DNA of 64,000 nt from Utricularia gibba (lineage: Eukaryota > Plantae > Magnoliophyta). The stretch's first letter is position 1. Every line of letters starts with the position of its first letter. Location: positions 3,410,001-3,474,000 of the forward strand of contig NEEC01000010.1 in the NCBI GenBank assembly GCA_002189035.1, given 5' to 3'. This document shows positions 33,313 through 47,019 of the stretch, in pieces. The notes beneath the pieces were generated by a model. The model saw only the letters and a program-made list of their open reading frames with translations. It had not been told where the DNA came from and ran no database searches. The position numbers were made by a program, and so were the translations under genes.

Positions 33313-36300
33313 ATGTCGTCGTTGAGTAGGGAATTGGTTTTTTTAATTCTCCAGTTCTTGGAGGAGGAGAAATTCAAGGAATCTGTTCACAAGTATGCGT
33401 TTACTGCTGTTTTCTCTTCTACGAGTCTTTGTCTTTTGAAATTTTTTAAATCATTTTTTATGTAAATTTTAAACTTACCCAGTTTATATTTCACCCCGAG
33501 TATAATTTTTCTGTTTTCAAGTTGATTGGAAGGGGATTAGGATGGGAAAGTGATGACCTTTTTGTATTTTGGACTTTATCTCTTTAATGACCTGTTAACT
33601 TCCAGCTCGAATAGCTTTTCATTACTGATAGCCGTTCTTTTAATTTTTGTGCGCATGAGTCCAGCCCTGATCTGGGGTGGAAAAGTTACTTGGGCTAAGA
33701 GGATTTGTTGGAATGTCATCGGTTGAAAGAACTCTTAAAATGCAAGGTGTTTAGGCCGTTGTATCATGACTTGACCAAGGTGTTGCGGAGTTATGCATGC
33801 CAACTGCTTTTCGATGCTTTAAATATGTTTGATTCAAAGCGAAAGGTACATTCTTTCACGGCAGTTGTGTTGATAATTATTGAATGAATGTCATTTGCGC
33901 AGGCTTGAGCAGGAATCGGGTTTTTTCTTTAATATGAAGTACTTCGAAGAAAAAGTACACGGTGGTGAATGGGACGAAGTTGAGAAGTATTTGTCTGGTT
34001 TCACTAAAGTTGATGACAACAGATACTCAATGAAGATTTTTTTTGAAATAAGAAAGCAGAAGTACCTTGAGGCTCTTGATGGGTTTGTGTAGTTGGAACT
34101 GCTGTTTCTCTTTTTTATGAACAGTTTTTTTTTTCCTGGTTACATCGATGACTGTTTATGGTTTTTTTGCTAACATGAACTCGTTCAACAGGCAAGACAA
34201 AGCCAAGGCTGTTGAAATTCTAGTTAATGACTTAAAAGTCTTTTCGACATTCAATGAAGATCTGTATAAGGAAATCACGCAGCTCTTAACGCTTGGAAAC
34301 TTCAGGTTAGAGATTCTACCTGGTACTTGTTCGATTAATGCCATGCTTCGGACACGGCATTTTCCGTATCCTTGGAGTGGACACCTAGGAAATTGTGGCT
34401 TGAACACTGACTCTGGGAAAAAAAATCAGCTTTTCTTTTACAGTTTGTACAGATGCGATCTTGGTATTTATCAAACTTATAAACATTGTAAATGGCAGGG
34501 AAAACGAACAGCTTTCCAAATACGGTGACACCAAAACAGCCCGTAGCATTATGTTGATAGAACTCAAGAAGTTGATCGAAGCAAATCCTCTTTTCCGAGA
34601 GAAGCTTGTTTTCCCTACTCTCAAGTCGTCTAGGTTGAGAACGCTCATCAATCAGAGGTACTGTATTTCTAATTTGTGATTCAGGGAACTTCAAGGGTTG
34701 CACGTTATCATTACTCTACTCCAAATATTCTTCCTCTTATTTTTCTTGCTTGTCTTTGCTGTTATCTGTTGTATTCATCTGGGCTTTCGCTGCATCCTAC
34801 ATCCTTAACATGCATAATTGAGAGTTTATTCTGAACCGCAGTCTGAATTGGCAACATCAGCTCTGCAAGAATCCAAGGTCAAATCCAGATATTAAGACAC
34901 TGTTCACTGATCATACATGCATTCCTCCAAATGGAGCTGTTGCACCCACCCCAGTTAATCTTCCTACAGCTGCAGTGGCAAAATCTCCTGCCTTTACAAC
35001 TCTTGGAGCTCATGGGGTACGATATTATTAATATCATTAAACACAAGTCTCCTTATACGTAGGTAAAACTTGTTCTGGTATGAAGATGGACTTGTGATTG
35101 TAAATCTTTTGATCTCCTCTTGCTTTTAGCAGCCGTTCCCCTCTACTGCTGCTGTAGCAAATGCTAATGCTTTAGCTGGTTGGATGGCCAACGCTGCTGC
35201 TGCATCATCATCTGTGCAAGCAGCAGTTGTCACAGCATCTCCGTTGCCTATGCCACCTAATCAAGGTGAGAGCTCCTGAAAATTTTAATTTTTAATACGC
35301 CATCTAACAGAATGATATGAAAGTAGTGATGTTCTTTCCTTCAATTTACCACCGTCCTGTTGGTCTGAACAGTTTCGATTTTGAAGCGGCCAATCACTCC
35401 TCCTGCAACCTTGGGTATGGTTGAGTATCAAAGTGTAGATCATGAGCAGTTGATGAAGCGTTTACGCCCAGTCCCACCTGTAGAGGAGGTAGTGTTATCG
35501 TACCAGATGTAACTTGTTGATTCATACACTAGGAAGTTAAACAATATGATCTTTTTTTTACTCGCAGCTCACATACCCGACCATCCGACATCAACCATCC
35601 TGGTCTATAGATGACCTGCCCAGAACTGTGGCGTTTACACTGCACCAGGGATCTTCTGTAAACAGTTTGGATTTTCATCCATCGTTGCATAACCTGCTTC
35701 TTGGTACTATATTGTCATTTGCTACTCTACTCTAATGTTTCTGCAGCTTTCCTAAATGTATATTACAGCAAATTGGAGTGAAATGGTTTCATTTTTTTTT
35801 TTTAAACAGTTGGCTGCGCCAATGGAGACATTACGTTATGGGAAGCTGGAATGCGAGAGAAGTTGGTTTCAAAACCCTTCAAGGTTTGGGATATTCAAGC
35901 TTGCAGCTCGACATTTCAGGTTCTTGCAGCCTTCTCTTTGTTTCTTTGAATAAATTATTGTTCAACATGCTAGTGCCTACTAGGTACCAGCGACCCATCA
36001 CTCTATCATTACATGCCTTTTTTGTTGTTGATGTTTCTTTGTGCTGTGCCATCTTAGCACATCCATTGTTTCTTAAGCACCGATTTTAAGCAGGCTTCTG
36101 CTGCTAAGGATGGTACGTTTTCTGTGACCCGCGTCACTTGGAGTCCTGATGGAGCATTTTGTGGTAAGCTTGTTCTGGCTCCATGTTCTAAATTTGATCT
36201 TTTAGTTAGCTCATGGAACATGTATCCTGTTGCAGGAGCTGCGTTTTCAAAGCATTTAATCCACTTGTATCAATATGTGAGACCTAGTGATTTGCGCCAG

Positions 36301-39300
36301 CAGTTAGAGGTACATTTTTACATATGCATTTTTAACTCAGTAAGACAACAAATCGTTTTTTGAAATTGAATCGATGGTTCCATTTTGCAGATCGAGGCTC
36401 ATGTAGGAGCAGTGAATGACATTGCTTTTGCTCATCCTACTAAGCAGCTTTGTGTTGTCACATGTGGGGATGACAAGTTGATAAAAGTAGGTGGACGGTT
36501 TTGAAAGTGGTGTTATGAGTTAATCTGATTCTGTTACTGGGTAAACTCATGAATTTGAAACAGGTTTGGGATATGAACGGGAGGAAGCTTTTCAATTTTG
36601 AAGGTCACGAAGCACCTGTTTATTCAATATGCCCTCATCAGAAAGAGAATATTCAGGTACTTCTGCAGCAGTTGTAATAGTGGCGTATGCTTTATAGAGA
36701 GTGTTTGTGTCCAGTGATTCTTCCTGAAAATAATTTAAGTTAAGTGCTCTTTTTCTTGATATTTCTGTCTTCAGTTTATCTTCTCAACTGCCATGGATGG
36801 GAAAATCAAAGCCTGGCTCTATGATTATGTGGGATCAAGAGTTGATTATGATGCTCCCGGGCATTCTTGCACTACTATGCTGTATAGTGCTGATGGAAGC
36901 AGGTAAGATGTTACTTTTTATGGTGTGCATGCTACTAGAATGCTTGTGTTGAAGCGTTGCGTTTTCCAGGCTGTTCTCATGTGGAACTGGAAAAGATGGG
37001 GAGTCTTTTCTTGTGGAATGGAATGAAAGTGAAGGCGCGATAAAGAGAACATTTACAGGGTTCAGAAAGAAGTCAGCTGGCATTGTTCAGTTTGATACCA
37101 CTCAAAATCACTTTCTGGCAGTGGGCGAAGACAGCCAGATCAAATTTTGGGATATGGATAATGTGGCTGTACTAACAACTACTGATGCAGATGGTGGTCT
37201 TCCGGTTAGTTTCTGTGTGAATAAAAAAGCAGATACTTTTTAGTGACACAAAAAGATGTTGAGCTGAAAGAGTTTTTTTTTTTTTTTTTTCTCAGAGTCT
37301 TCCGCGGTTGAGATTTAATGGAGAAGGAAACTTACTGGCAGTCTCTACTGCGGACAATGGAATCAAGCTATTAGCTAATGCTAGTGGTTTGAGATCCTTG
37401 CGCTCTGTTGAACCCCAGACTTTTGAAGCATTAAGGTCTCCTCTGGAACCAGCAGCCATCAAGGTTCCTTGCCTTTTTCCTTTCTTCCACATTGTGGTTG
37501 TTATAGGTAGCCTGGAGAGTGAGAATTACATTGAAAATAACTTTGTTGCATTTTTTGTAGGTTTCTGGGCCCAATGTTGGAAGTGTGACCCCTGTAAGTT
37601 GTAAAGTAGAAAGAAGCTCTCCCGTAAGGCCTTCTCCTACCATAGTAAGTTTCATAACATCTTATGTTTTCCTATTAATAAATAACAACTACGATACATA
37701 ATGACCGGTTCAATCTCAAATGGCTTTCAAGAATGGTGTGGAATCCATGGCTAGAAGCATGGAAAAGCCCAGAGCTACAGAGGATGGTAATGATAAATTG
37801 AGACCCTGGCAACTAACCGAAATTCTTGACCCAACTCATTGCCGCACAGTCACCATGCCAGACAGCACAGATGCGAGTAACAAGGTATGCAGTCGAAATT
37901 CTGCTGACACAAGTTTTGAAATTATGCTTTTGTTTTGCTCATTAGTTATACAACTGGTTCGTTTGAAGGTTGCTCGCCTACTTTATACTAACTCTGGAGT
38001 TGGCATCTTGGCCCTTGGATCAAATGGTATTCAGAAACTCTGGAAATGGAGCCGCAATGAGCAAAATCCAAGTGGAAAGGTACTGAACATGGACACGAGC
38101 ATGTCCTGTTCCCTTCATTTCTCAGTCATCTTCTGAATCAGCTCATCTGCTTTGTTATTTTAGGCCACTGCTAGTGTGACTCCACAACATTGGCAACCCA
38201 ACAGCGGTCTTCTTATGACCAATGACATCTTGGGTGTCAACCTTGAAGAAGCCGTTCCATGCATTGCACTATCGAAGAATGACTCGTACGTGATGTCGGC
38301 TGCCGGTGGGAAGGTTTCTTTGTTCAATATGATGACATTTAAGGTAGGTGTGTTTGAATTTGAAGCTTGTATGTGGTGTTGTTGATCGTCTTGTTGTATT
38401 GTCTGAAGGTGATGACTACATTTATGCCCCCACCTCCAGCTTCCACTTTCCTGGCATTCCACCCTCAGGACAATAATATAATCGCAATAGGGATGGAGGA
38501 TTCGACCATTCACATTTACAACGTCAGGGTTGACGAGGTAGGTGAACGTGCATTCCACCATTTCTGATCATTGCCTGTAAAAAGGAAGCCAGTTTTACAG
38601 TCATGCGTCTGAATCTGAACTTCAACAGGTGAAGTCAAAACTGAAGGGTCACCAGAAGCGCATTACTGGATTGGCATTTTCAACCAACCTCAACATACTG
38701 GTGTCATCTGGTGCTGACGCGCAAGTAAGACTCCCCTTCTCTGAATACAGCATCTAACTGCCAGCATTCCCTCTATAACTGAGACCATCTTTTTTTTGTA
38801 GATATGTATCTGGAGCATCGACACATGGGAGAAGAGAAAGTCAGTTCCGATACAACTGCCAGCTGGGAAAGCGCCTAGCGGCGACACGCGTGTGCAGTTT
38901 CACGCTGACCAAGTTCGCTTGCTCGTAGCTCATGAAACGCAGTTAGCAATATACGACGGCTCCAAAATGGAACGCATTCGGCAGGTAAGTTATGGGTCTG
39001 CGTAAGACTTGAATTCTTTTGTGTGCATGATGGATTGATTGTTTCTGTGAACAGTGGGTACCCCAAGAGCCCCTTTCCGCACCCATAACATGCGCAGCCT
39101 ACTCGTGCAATAGCCAGCTCGTGTATGCTTCCTTCTGTGATGGAAATATTGGAATATTTGATGCGGATACGCTCCGTCTAAGATGCCGAATCTCCCCGCA
39201 CGCGTACTTGTCCCGGCAGCGATGAATGGGTGAGTGCTCTTTGGCTTTCCTAGTTTAACATGCATGGGCTCTGAACTTGGTCTTCAACTTGGCCTTGTGG

Positions 39301-39520
39301 TGGTTTCAGAGGGCAAGCCGTAACCCCGGTGGTCGTGGCAGCACATCCTCAGGAGCCAAGGCAGTTCGCCGTCGGATTGGCCGATGGATCGGTTAAGGTA
39401 ATCGAACCGACGGAGTCTGATGGCAAATGGGGAGAATCTCCTCCAGCCGACAATGGTGTGCCAAATAGCCGACCGGGTTCGTCGTCCGCCGCCAGCAACC
39501 AGGATCAGACCCAAAGATGA
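33313..39520 (+). CDS. TPR: TOPLESS-related co-repressor (TPR2/TPR3 clade), about 25 exons
   Basis: MSSLSRELVFLILQFLEEEKFKESVHK (LisH), CTLH KYLEALD, LIEANPLFREKL, WD40 repeats (HLIHLY, FEGHEAPVYS, VVQFDTT, VMSAAGGKVSLFNMMTFK, KLKGHQKRITGLAFS), VVAAHPQEPRQFAVG. One missing C at 39212-39214. Confidence 0.96.
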
Positions 39521-39952
39521 TAAGGGATCCCCTAGTAACATTTGTATGTCAGTATAATTTTAGTGTGCAGATGATGATAGGGTCACCTGTGCTTCTTCCC
39601 TCTCTGACTGCATTATTTCATTCAACCTTTTACTTCCAAATATCTGATAGGCATCATACCCTCAATGTGCTGCGGATAGTCTGCAGCCTTCCGATGGAAC
39701 TCTTGTACTGCCACTCAAATTAAGAATGTCTTTCATTGACAACTTCTCTCTATTTTCACAATGTGGAAAGGGGCAGGCGTAAACTCTGATATGCGTGCAT
39801 TGATGACCACCAATTTTCAAGGATTGAGAGAAGAAAGGCACGGGGATTGGCAACACGGAACCAGAGACAAAAAAACACCTCAGGTTCTCTTTGCTCAAGC
39901 CCGCCATTGGCTTACACAAATCTCAGACAGCAGCCACACAAAACACGTATAT

Positions 39953-41656
39953 TTACCATAATTCTTGTATGATTGCCTTCTTCCCCTCCATGGCATCTTT
40001 CTTTCTGCTGCAATTTGCACATAGGAAAGGCCCTTCAAAAGGCTTTGACGTGGGGGAGAAGCAGATGGTAAACCTTCACCAGGATGCTCATCAACTTGGC
40101 AAATCGCACACCTCAAAGTTCCTGACTTTGGGTCGACGGGGAAATGCTTGCCTAACCTGAAACATTTCCAAGGAGTGAAAATCATGATGACCGTGTAGCC
40201 CAAGGAAGGAGAACGGTACCTGTCAGCCAGCATTGCAGATCCCTCCTCAAATAGTTCCTCCACGAAGCCGATTGCAGAGAGCCTATTAGTTCCCTTTGCG
40301 GTTTGTTTTCCAAACAAAATGGAGTTCAACAGTCTCTTATTTTTAGGCGTCGTTGGGACAAGGGGTTGGTCATAAGGAATAATATCAACAACCAAACAGG
40401 TTGTATCATCCTTTAAACCTCTTGACCTAAGCGCCTCCTGCAATTCAAATATGTTACAGATAACAATCACACACTTTCAAGACTAGATCACAGTAGATGC
40501 TATATTGTGTCTTACTTTCACAACCAACTTAGCAGCAAGCTCTGCTGGTATACCCCGGCAACAGCGAGCTGCAGCATCAGATGATAGCGCATCCCATATA
40601 CCATCAGAGGCGATTATAAGTCTACCTCCAGCACTTGAAAGCTAAAACAAGCATAAAACTGAAGTGTTAATGATCCACACGCTAAACAAGCATCGCATAC
40701 AAGATGATATGCGTACCTTAACTTGCTTGACATGAGGAATAGGCACAATAAACTCGCCGACATCTGTATCACCAATGGATCTTGAAAGACACAATCCACC
40801 AGGCCAGCAACGGAGTGGACCGACCTAGTTATATAACCGACCAAATCAGCATAACGGAAACATCAGGGAGAGCAGAACCAAGAACTCCTTAAGACTACAA
40901 CCTCATTGCCTCCAAAAATATTAAGCCTCCCTACTTCACCACCACTTGCAGTGACACGCTCCCGTTCTTCTATGTTCTCCTCAAGCCGATGATCGACTGT
41001 CAAGAGGGAAACAATCCCACCCTGCGTGTCAAGAATGCAACGAGAATCTCCCACGGAAGCAACAGTCACAGTCCAATGATCTATCACCACAAACGTAACA
41101 GTAGTTCCTGAAGTCTCCCCTGTCATTAGCGCAAACGCCATATAAAATTTACTTTGAAACATGGGTTGAATGTGTAATGGGAATTCTATATAAAGCTCAC
41201 CACGTTGCTGAAACTCAATGTCGGTTTTAACAAATCCGGCTACCAGTGCTCTTGGAAGAGCTTGAAGCCAGTCTTCCCTACCAAGTTCTTCAGGAATAGC
41301 ACTCAATACATTGTTTAACAAATTCTCCTTGGCAAATATAGCGGCCGATATGCCATTATGCCCATCAAAAATCTGCATTCCAACATTCGAGAAAATTGTT
41401 GAAATTGGACAGCGTAGACGCAAAATTAGGTGAGGATACGGTGGCGACATACAGCGAAAACAGAAAAAGACGTTAAGGGATTCCCTGGAACCCTTTGGCA
41501 TTCCGTGTTAATCAGAAAATAGTCTTCCCCTTTCTTAGCCAACGCAGCTTGCCCGTATTTCACTACAGGCTTCTCCAACCTGCCATTTCTCAATTCTCTA
41601 CCAATCAAAGTCCCGAGTGGGACAAGTTGGTTGTGCCTCATTTCGAACCGGCTCAT
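39953..41656 (-). CDS. Protein phosphatase 2C (At1g09160/At1g68410-like)
   Basis: LVPLGTLIGRELR, VKYGQAALAKKGEDYFL, IFDGHNG, VASVGDSRCILD, RLEENIEERERV, GRLIIASDGIWD, LKDDTTC. The C-terminal PFEGPFLCANCSRKKDAMEGK needs one base restored at 40052-40056. Confidence 0.92.
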
Positions 41657-42800
41657 TGCAGTACCCTTCGTCTACGCACTGGGCATTTCATTCCTCCTGG
41701 ACGGGACAAAGAAAACTGGCATCTAGGAAAATCCTCTATCCTACCCACACCACAAATTTAACGACTTCAATCACTCAAGAACGCATTGAAAGACTGGGGC
41801 AACGGGTCATTGACATAAAACGCTCATTCTATGACTCGAGAAGTAGAATGCAAACCTGGGAAATCAAGAAGAGGAAAGACAAAGAAGAAGAAGAAGGCGG
41901 AGGAGGGTGGGAACTTAGCTTTCCGGGTTGCGCTCGAATGGATCCTTTTTATGTCAAAAAATTCCTGGGAATATGTGAAATGACGAAATACCCCTTGCCT
42001 TCACCAGAAATGCTTGCCAACCCGAAAATTAAAAAAAAAAAAAAAGGGCTTGCTTTTCTAAGCTTTATCTGCGTAATCATAAAAAGCGCGTAAGAAAGTG
42101 ATCGGGATTGCGTGATCGTTGCTTCTTGCTTTCCTCTTCCTCTTTTAGTGTAATTTAATTGGGAAAGAAAGCATGACAGATGGTCTCCTCGAAATGCTGT
42201 CAAGTTTGGGATTTGCGTGGTTTGAATTTGATGTGTGATTTGTGTATGGCCATGGTGGCACCCCTTGGGGTCCATCGCCTCCCTCGACCCTGACACGATG
42301 ATGCATAGGATCATGCTGGGCCTTCTTGCGGGAGCCATCAAACCCTCTCGGGCTAAACTATTTATTTACCTTTTGAAAGTGGGTTGCCATTTGCCAATGA
42401 TGATGATGACGAGAGGGGTAGGCATGTAATTGGGCGCCACGGGTGACATCGCAACGTGGCTTGTCGCCCAGGTCGGGGCCCACTGCAAAGCTGGGTGCTC
42501 TCGTAGGGCCCCCCGACCTGCCCGCCGTGATTTGGCAAACGGGGTTACAGACTGGAATCACAGCTTGAGCTGGCTCATTGGATTACCTACCTAACCCCAT
42601 GGGCCCTACTAAGCATTTCAACTCTCCCCACTCCCCAGTCCCCACCACGGAAGAAGATGATGCTTTGCTTACCACAGGCCCATGCTGCAAACTGCAAAGC
42701 ACCTGCTTATTTATGTGTAATAGTAACACTCCTTACTCCGGTACCCACTCATCCTGTGTACTGGATAACTAACGGTTTGATGTCGAGAGTGTGTGCGAGA

Positions 42801-43879
42801 TCAATGATGGCTGGCGAGTGGGTCTAGAGACTTGGAATCTGCCACATCCTTCTTCTCCTGGCTGGTTAGGCTGTGCCGGAAGTGGCAGCGGTGGCCGTAA
42901 GGGCACGCCACGCCGTTAAGCACCATTCGACAGACCTCCGTCTTGTAGCGGGGGTGGCGGAGGATGGGGCGTAGCTCCCCGATGCCGTGGGCGAATTGGC
43001 ATTCGATGCTATAAGGGCATCTCCCAGTCTGCTGCCACTTGTTGCACAGCTCAGTTTTCCACATTCCCTGGTTGTATACCTCCAGTGCCAACGGTGGTTC
43101 TTCCTCCTTACCCCTCTTGACATACACCCTTTCCTGCATTTTTCATCAACCCTTAGAATTCATTATCCGGCCAGTTGTTAAACCAGGCGATGCTGCCAGA
43201 AAACAAGATTACCATTCACATGTACAGATAGTTACCTTCTCGGAATCAAAGTTCAGCCTACTTGATGCTTTGAGACAAGCCACTGTTGATGCACTGCTAC
43301 CAGACGACCGGCTTGACTTGAGATACCCGCTAGAACGAACGGAAATGCTCTTGGGCAGTTGGAATCGATCATTTACCCCAGGAGCAATCTGAGCAGAATC
43401 CACAGCACTCTTGGGAATCCTAGCTGCACACACATTCTCATTTGCCCCTTCCTCACAACCAAGGCTCAAACCTCCGTATCTATCTTTCCGAGGGCCAAAA
43501 TCCAAACCTTGGAACGGGGTCGAGCCTAGCAACATATCCAGATGTTTCTTCATTTCATGGTTTACCATCTTTAGATTAACGTTCTCTTGATGGAGATCTT
43601 GAGCCTGCTTGGCAACAATGCGTAGCTGAGCATAAGCGATCTGATAACGCTCTAGCAGGTCCTGATAAAGCTTCTGCTGTTGGATCCGAGACCAGCAAGA
43701 ACCTTCTGTCTCCCCATTGTTGGAATGATCCACGAGAACCGAATAGTTTGGGGCGAAGAGTAGGGGTACAACGCCGCAGAATAATCGTCGTCGCCAGGAA
43801 AATGTGTAGAAGACGATGCGGCATTCGCATTCTCCAGGCCAGAAAATGAGATTTCTCCCTCCATAGCTTGCCTCTGCAT
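42801..43879 (-). CDS. Tandem CCCH zinc-finger protein, C3H14/C3H15 (CDM1)-like
   Basis: [12 protein letters not shown]; [31 protein letters not shown]; [29 protein letters not shown] (two C-x8-C-x5-C-x3-H fingers). One missing base at 43763-43766. Confidence 0.9.
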
Positions 43880-44764
43880 GCATCAGCCGTACGTAAATCC
43901 TTCAATCATAAACAAAACCCTAACTTTGATGATAGATGATAACGATGCAGTATGATTTCGGAGTCGTGAAAGTTACCTCCAACGGAAGCGCCTTCAAAAG
44001 AGTATCGTTTCAGAGCGTAATCGATACGAAATGAAAAGAAAAGGTCAAAATCCACCTCTATTTCCACAACTTCAAGGGAGGAAACAAGGAGTGGAGCATT
44101 ACCTCACTCATCCGCCATCATCGATTCCTACGGCACCCGAACAAAGGAAGAAAAAACACAAGAGAGAAGCGATTGAACCTTCAATTCCACGTTACGTTGA
44201 AGGAGAAAGCAGAGCAGATTAAGAAGAAGCAGAGGCAGGGGCTGGTTTTATATGCAGGGGAGTTGGTTAGGTCATCATTTGCGCGGGAATTTTCTGTTGG
44301 GTAATCAAAAGGGGGCGCCAGTGGCTTGTAGATTAAAATATCATCATTCGCATGCAACACAATCGACTTGGGATGACGCATATCTGCCCCTGAGATGGTG
44401 GCGTGCTCTGGAAGGTTATGTACTGGTTAGGGAGACATGCAGCAGGTAGCACAGTCTCGTTTGGTGACGAGAGGCAATGATTCCAAAGGGGCACCAGGCA
44501 GTTCCTTATCTACCACCGCAACACTTACTAACTTAGGACCTGCATCATCCCTATCGCGTAAGCACCAATACTCAAACTCCTCCTCTCTTACGTGGAAATG
44601 CCCCCCCCCCCCCTCCCTCCCTCCCGCTACAGATGTCAAAGCCACCAGCATTTCAGGAAACTCCAAGTTGATACAAAACACGGAAGCAAAAGGCTGACTC
44701 TTTTGTTCTGTACACTGTATGTAATCACAGGAAAGCCTCCAAACATGTCAAGAAAGCAGCATCC

Positions 44765-46204
44765 TCACTGGGATGAGACGCAGATGGTTTCGATATCCGA
44801 CTGCCCGGCTGCAAGATGGTTTCCGCTCTGCCGCTCAGCCATCATCTCGAAATATGCATGAGGTGCCCAACCTGCAGAGCACTCGAGAATTAAAAAAGGG
44901 AAAACTACAAAGAATGGGATCTCTTTTATTGACAAAAACTTGGATATTGGCCGCATAAGTAGATCATATTCGTCCAGCATACAAGTGATTGGTTACAGTT
45001 TGCTGAGTTCATACCATCTGCATTATAGGGAGCTGGAAAGAACTGCAGGTAGCAGAAAGAAGCAATTACTGTTCCTGCATACAACGGAAGTATCCTGATT
45101 GTAGATTAATCTGAACTGAAACCTCGAAAAAAAAAAGCAGCCCTTTAAACTTACGTACCCAATAGCCCTCCAGCAAAAACATCTTGCCAGTGGTGCCAGT
45201 AGTCGTCAACTCTTGAAACTCCGACTAGTGCAGCTATCAACAGTGGCAAGAGGAGAATACAAAGCTTTGCCACATGTCCTTTACGGTCAAAAGCTCTAAT
45301 TTTACCAGATAAATACCAAGCCAGGAAAGCAAGACCAGCGAAGGACCCTGTCATTTAAGGGAAACGCAAAGGCAAATAAGCCATTTTGGACACACCACCA
45401 TCTCAGACTAATTGAGACTGAATTCTCACATGAAGTGTGGCCACTCGGGAAGCTTTTATGACCTTCTTTTATGACACTGCTCAACCCATTACATAGGACA
45501 CCCCTTGTAACACTATCAAACACCTGTCCATCACAATATGCAACTGTTTCCAGGACGCTGTGTTTAAAGCAAGGTCTCGCTCACAAACAAACAAATATAA
45601 ACAGGCCTTACTGGTTGTCCGTCCGGGAAACAACGCCAGAAAAAATCTGGTCGTGGCCGTCCAACGGCATCCTTGATGGCATCAGTCAGAACGCCAGTTA
45701 TAAGCACTGAAAAGAGCAGCCCTAGCAGAGAAAACTGTAAAATAAGCCAGTAACAGAAGAAATGAAAAGAATAATAATAACAAAGAGATAATGATATCAC
45801 ACCCAGTGAAGCTTGGTGAAAATCATAGACATCTCGTCTGATAAAGTAAACGATCAGGATAAAAATGAACGGCAATAATATTGCAATGACCTGCCATGGA
45901 TTGCCATCGTCTATCAATTATCAGAAACATATGCGCAAGACTTGGGGCCCTACATACATCAGATCCAGAATTCTAAAAAAAGCCATACCGGAACAGCCCA
46001 GAATGGGACTGTATTTTCCTTTAAAGGGTACTTGAGATCTGCCATCATATCCTCCCCAACAAAACGGTGAAATGGTTCTATCACATTCAGAATAACCTCT
46101 ATCACGATAAGTAACAGCAGAATGAGCCAATCGTGCATGTGAAACCTAGCCACTCTGATCCCATGAGATCTAATTGTGTGAGTGCCCAGCTGAATCTCTG
46201 GCAT
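44765..46204 (-). CDS. LPP2: Lipid phosphate phosphatase (PAP2 family, LPP2-like)
   Basis: [32 protein letters not shown]; [19 protein letters not shown] (C1); KSFPSGHTS (C2); [13 protein letters not shown] (C3). Confidence 0.92.
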
Positions 46205-47019
46205 TTTCACCCGCTTGCTGCAAGGTGGAATATCATTTTATCCACTAATCAAACCAAGCAGGAAGAAACAATTCAAAAATTAGAACTGAGGGGTAATGTA
46301 CATCACCAGAAACAAAGTAAATCATTTTGACAACCCATTTTCAGGCTCCAGTATCTGCACCAGAACAAGTAACTGAAAAGATGCCCAGCAAGACTTTCAT
46401 AATGCACAGTGCACGCACACACCTAAATTCGCAAACTCCTCTTCCTTCTGTCTGATTAACTTTTCCTCAGGCAACAAAGTCTGCAGTCTGCACTCCATCC
46501 ATATTCCGATTACTTTTTAATTAAAGAAAAGCAAAAGACAAAAAAACCGTTAAACAATGTTCTACTCCCCACGCAAAGCACGAACTTGATATCAGATTCA
46601 AGAAAATGTCACCAATCAAACTAAACGAATCTCAGAATCATCCAACAGTTACCAAAAAAGCGTGATTCGAAGTCAGAAAAAAAAAAACAAAAAACAGAAC
46701 CTAAACAGACCACGCGAAGGCGGACGATATGGAGAGAAATTTACCGGTGGGTTTCTGGTTGCCTGGTTTTACTATCAGATTATCAATTCGATATCATTTA
46801 AGATGCCGAAGGAGACCGCGGGTTGGTTTCCGAAATAAAGTAACCGCCTCCCGGGGCGGCTACTTCCAACAGGCGTCGCCATAGCCGATTGATAGATAGA
46901 TAGGTAATTTGGTGACCAACTGAAAAAGCGGCCGTTTTTTTTTTATTCGGCACAACGGATATTTGGGATTCCATTTACGGAAAATGTGAATGTAATTGAA
47001 ATATCAATTTTCAATGCTC

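Noticed and set aside
33705-33887. 60-aa ORF inside TPR intron 1
   Set aside because: Non-ATG start, intronic composition and no homology.
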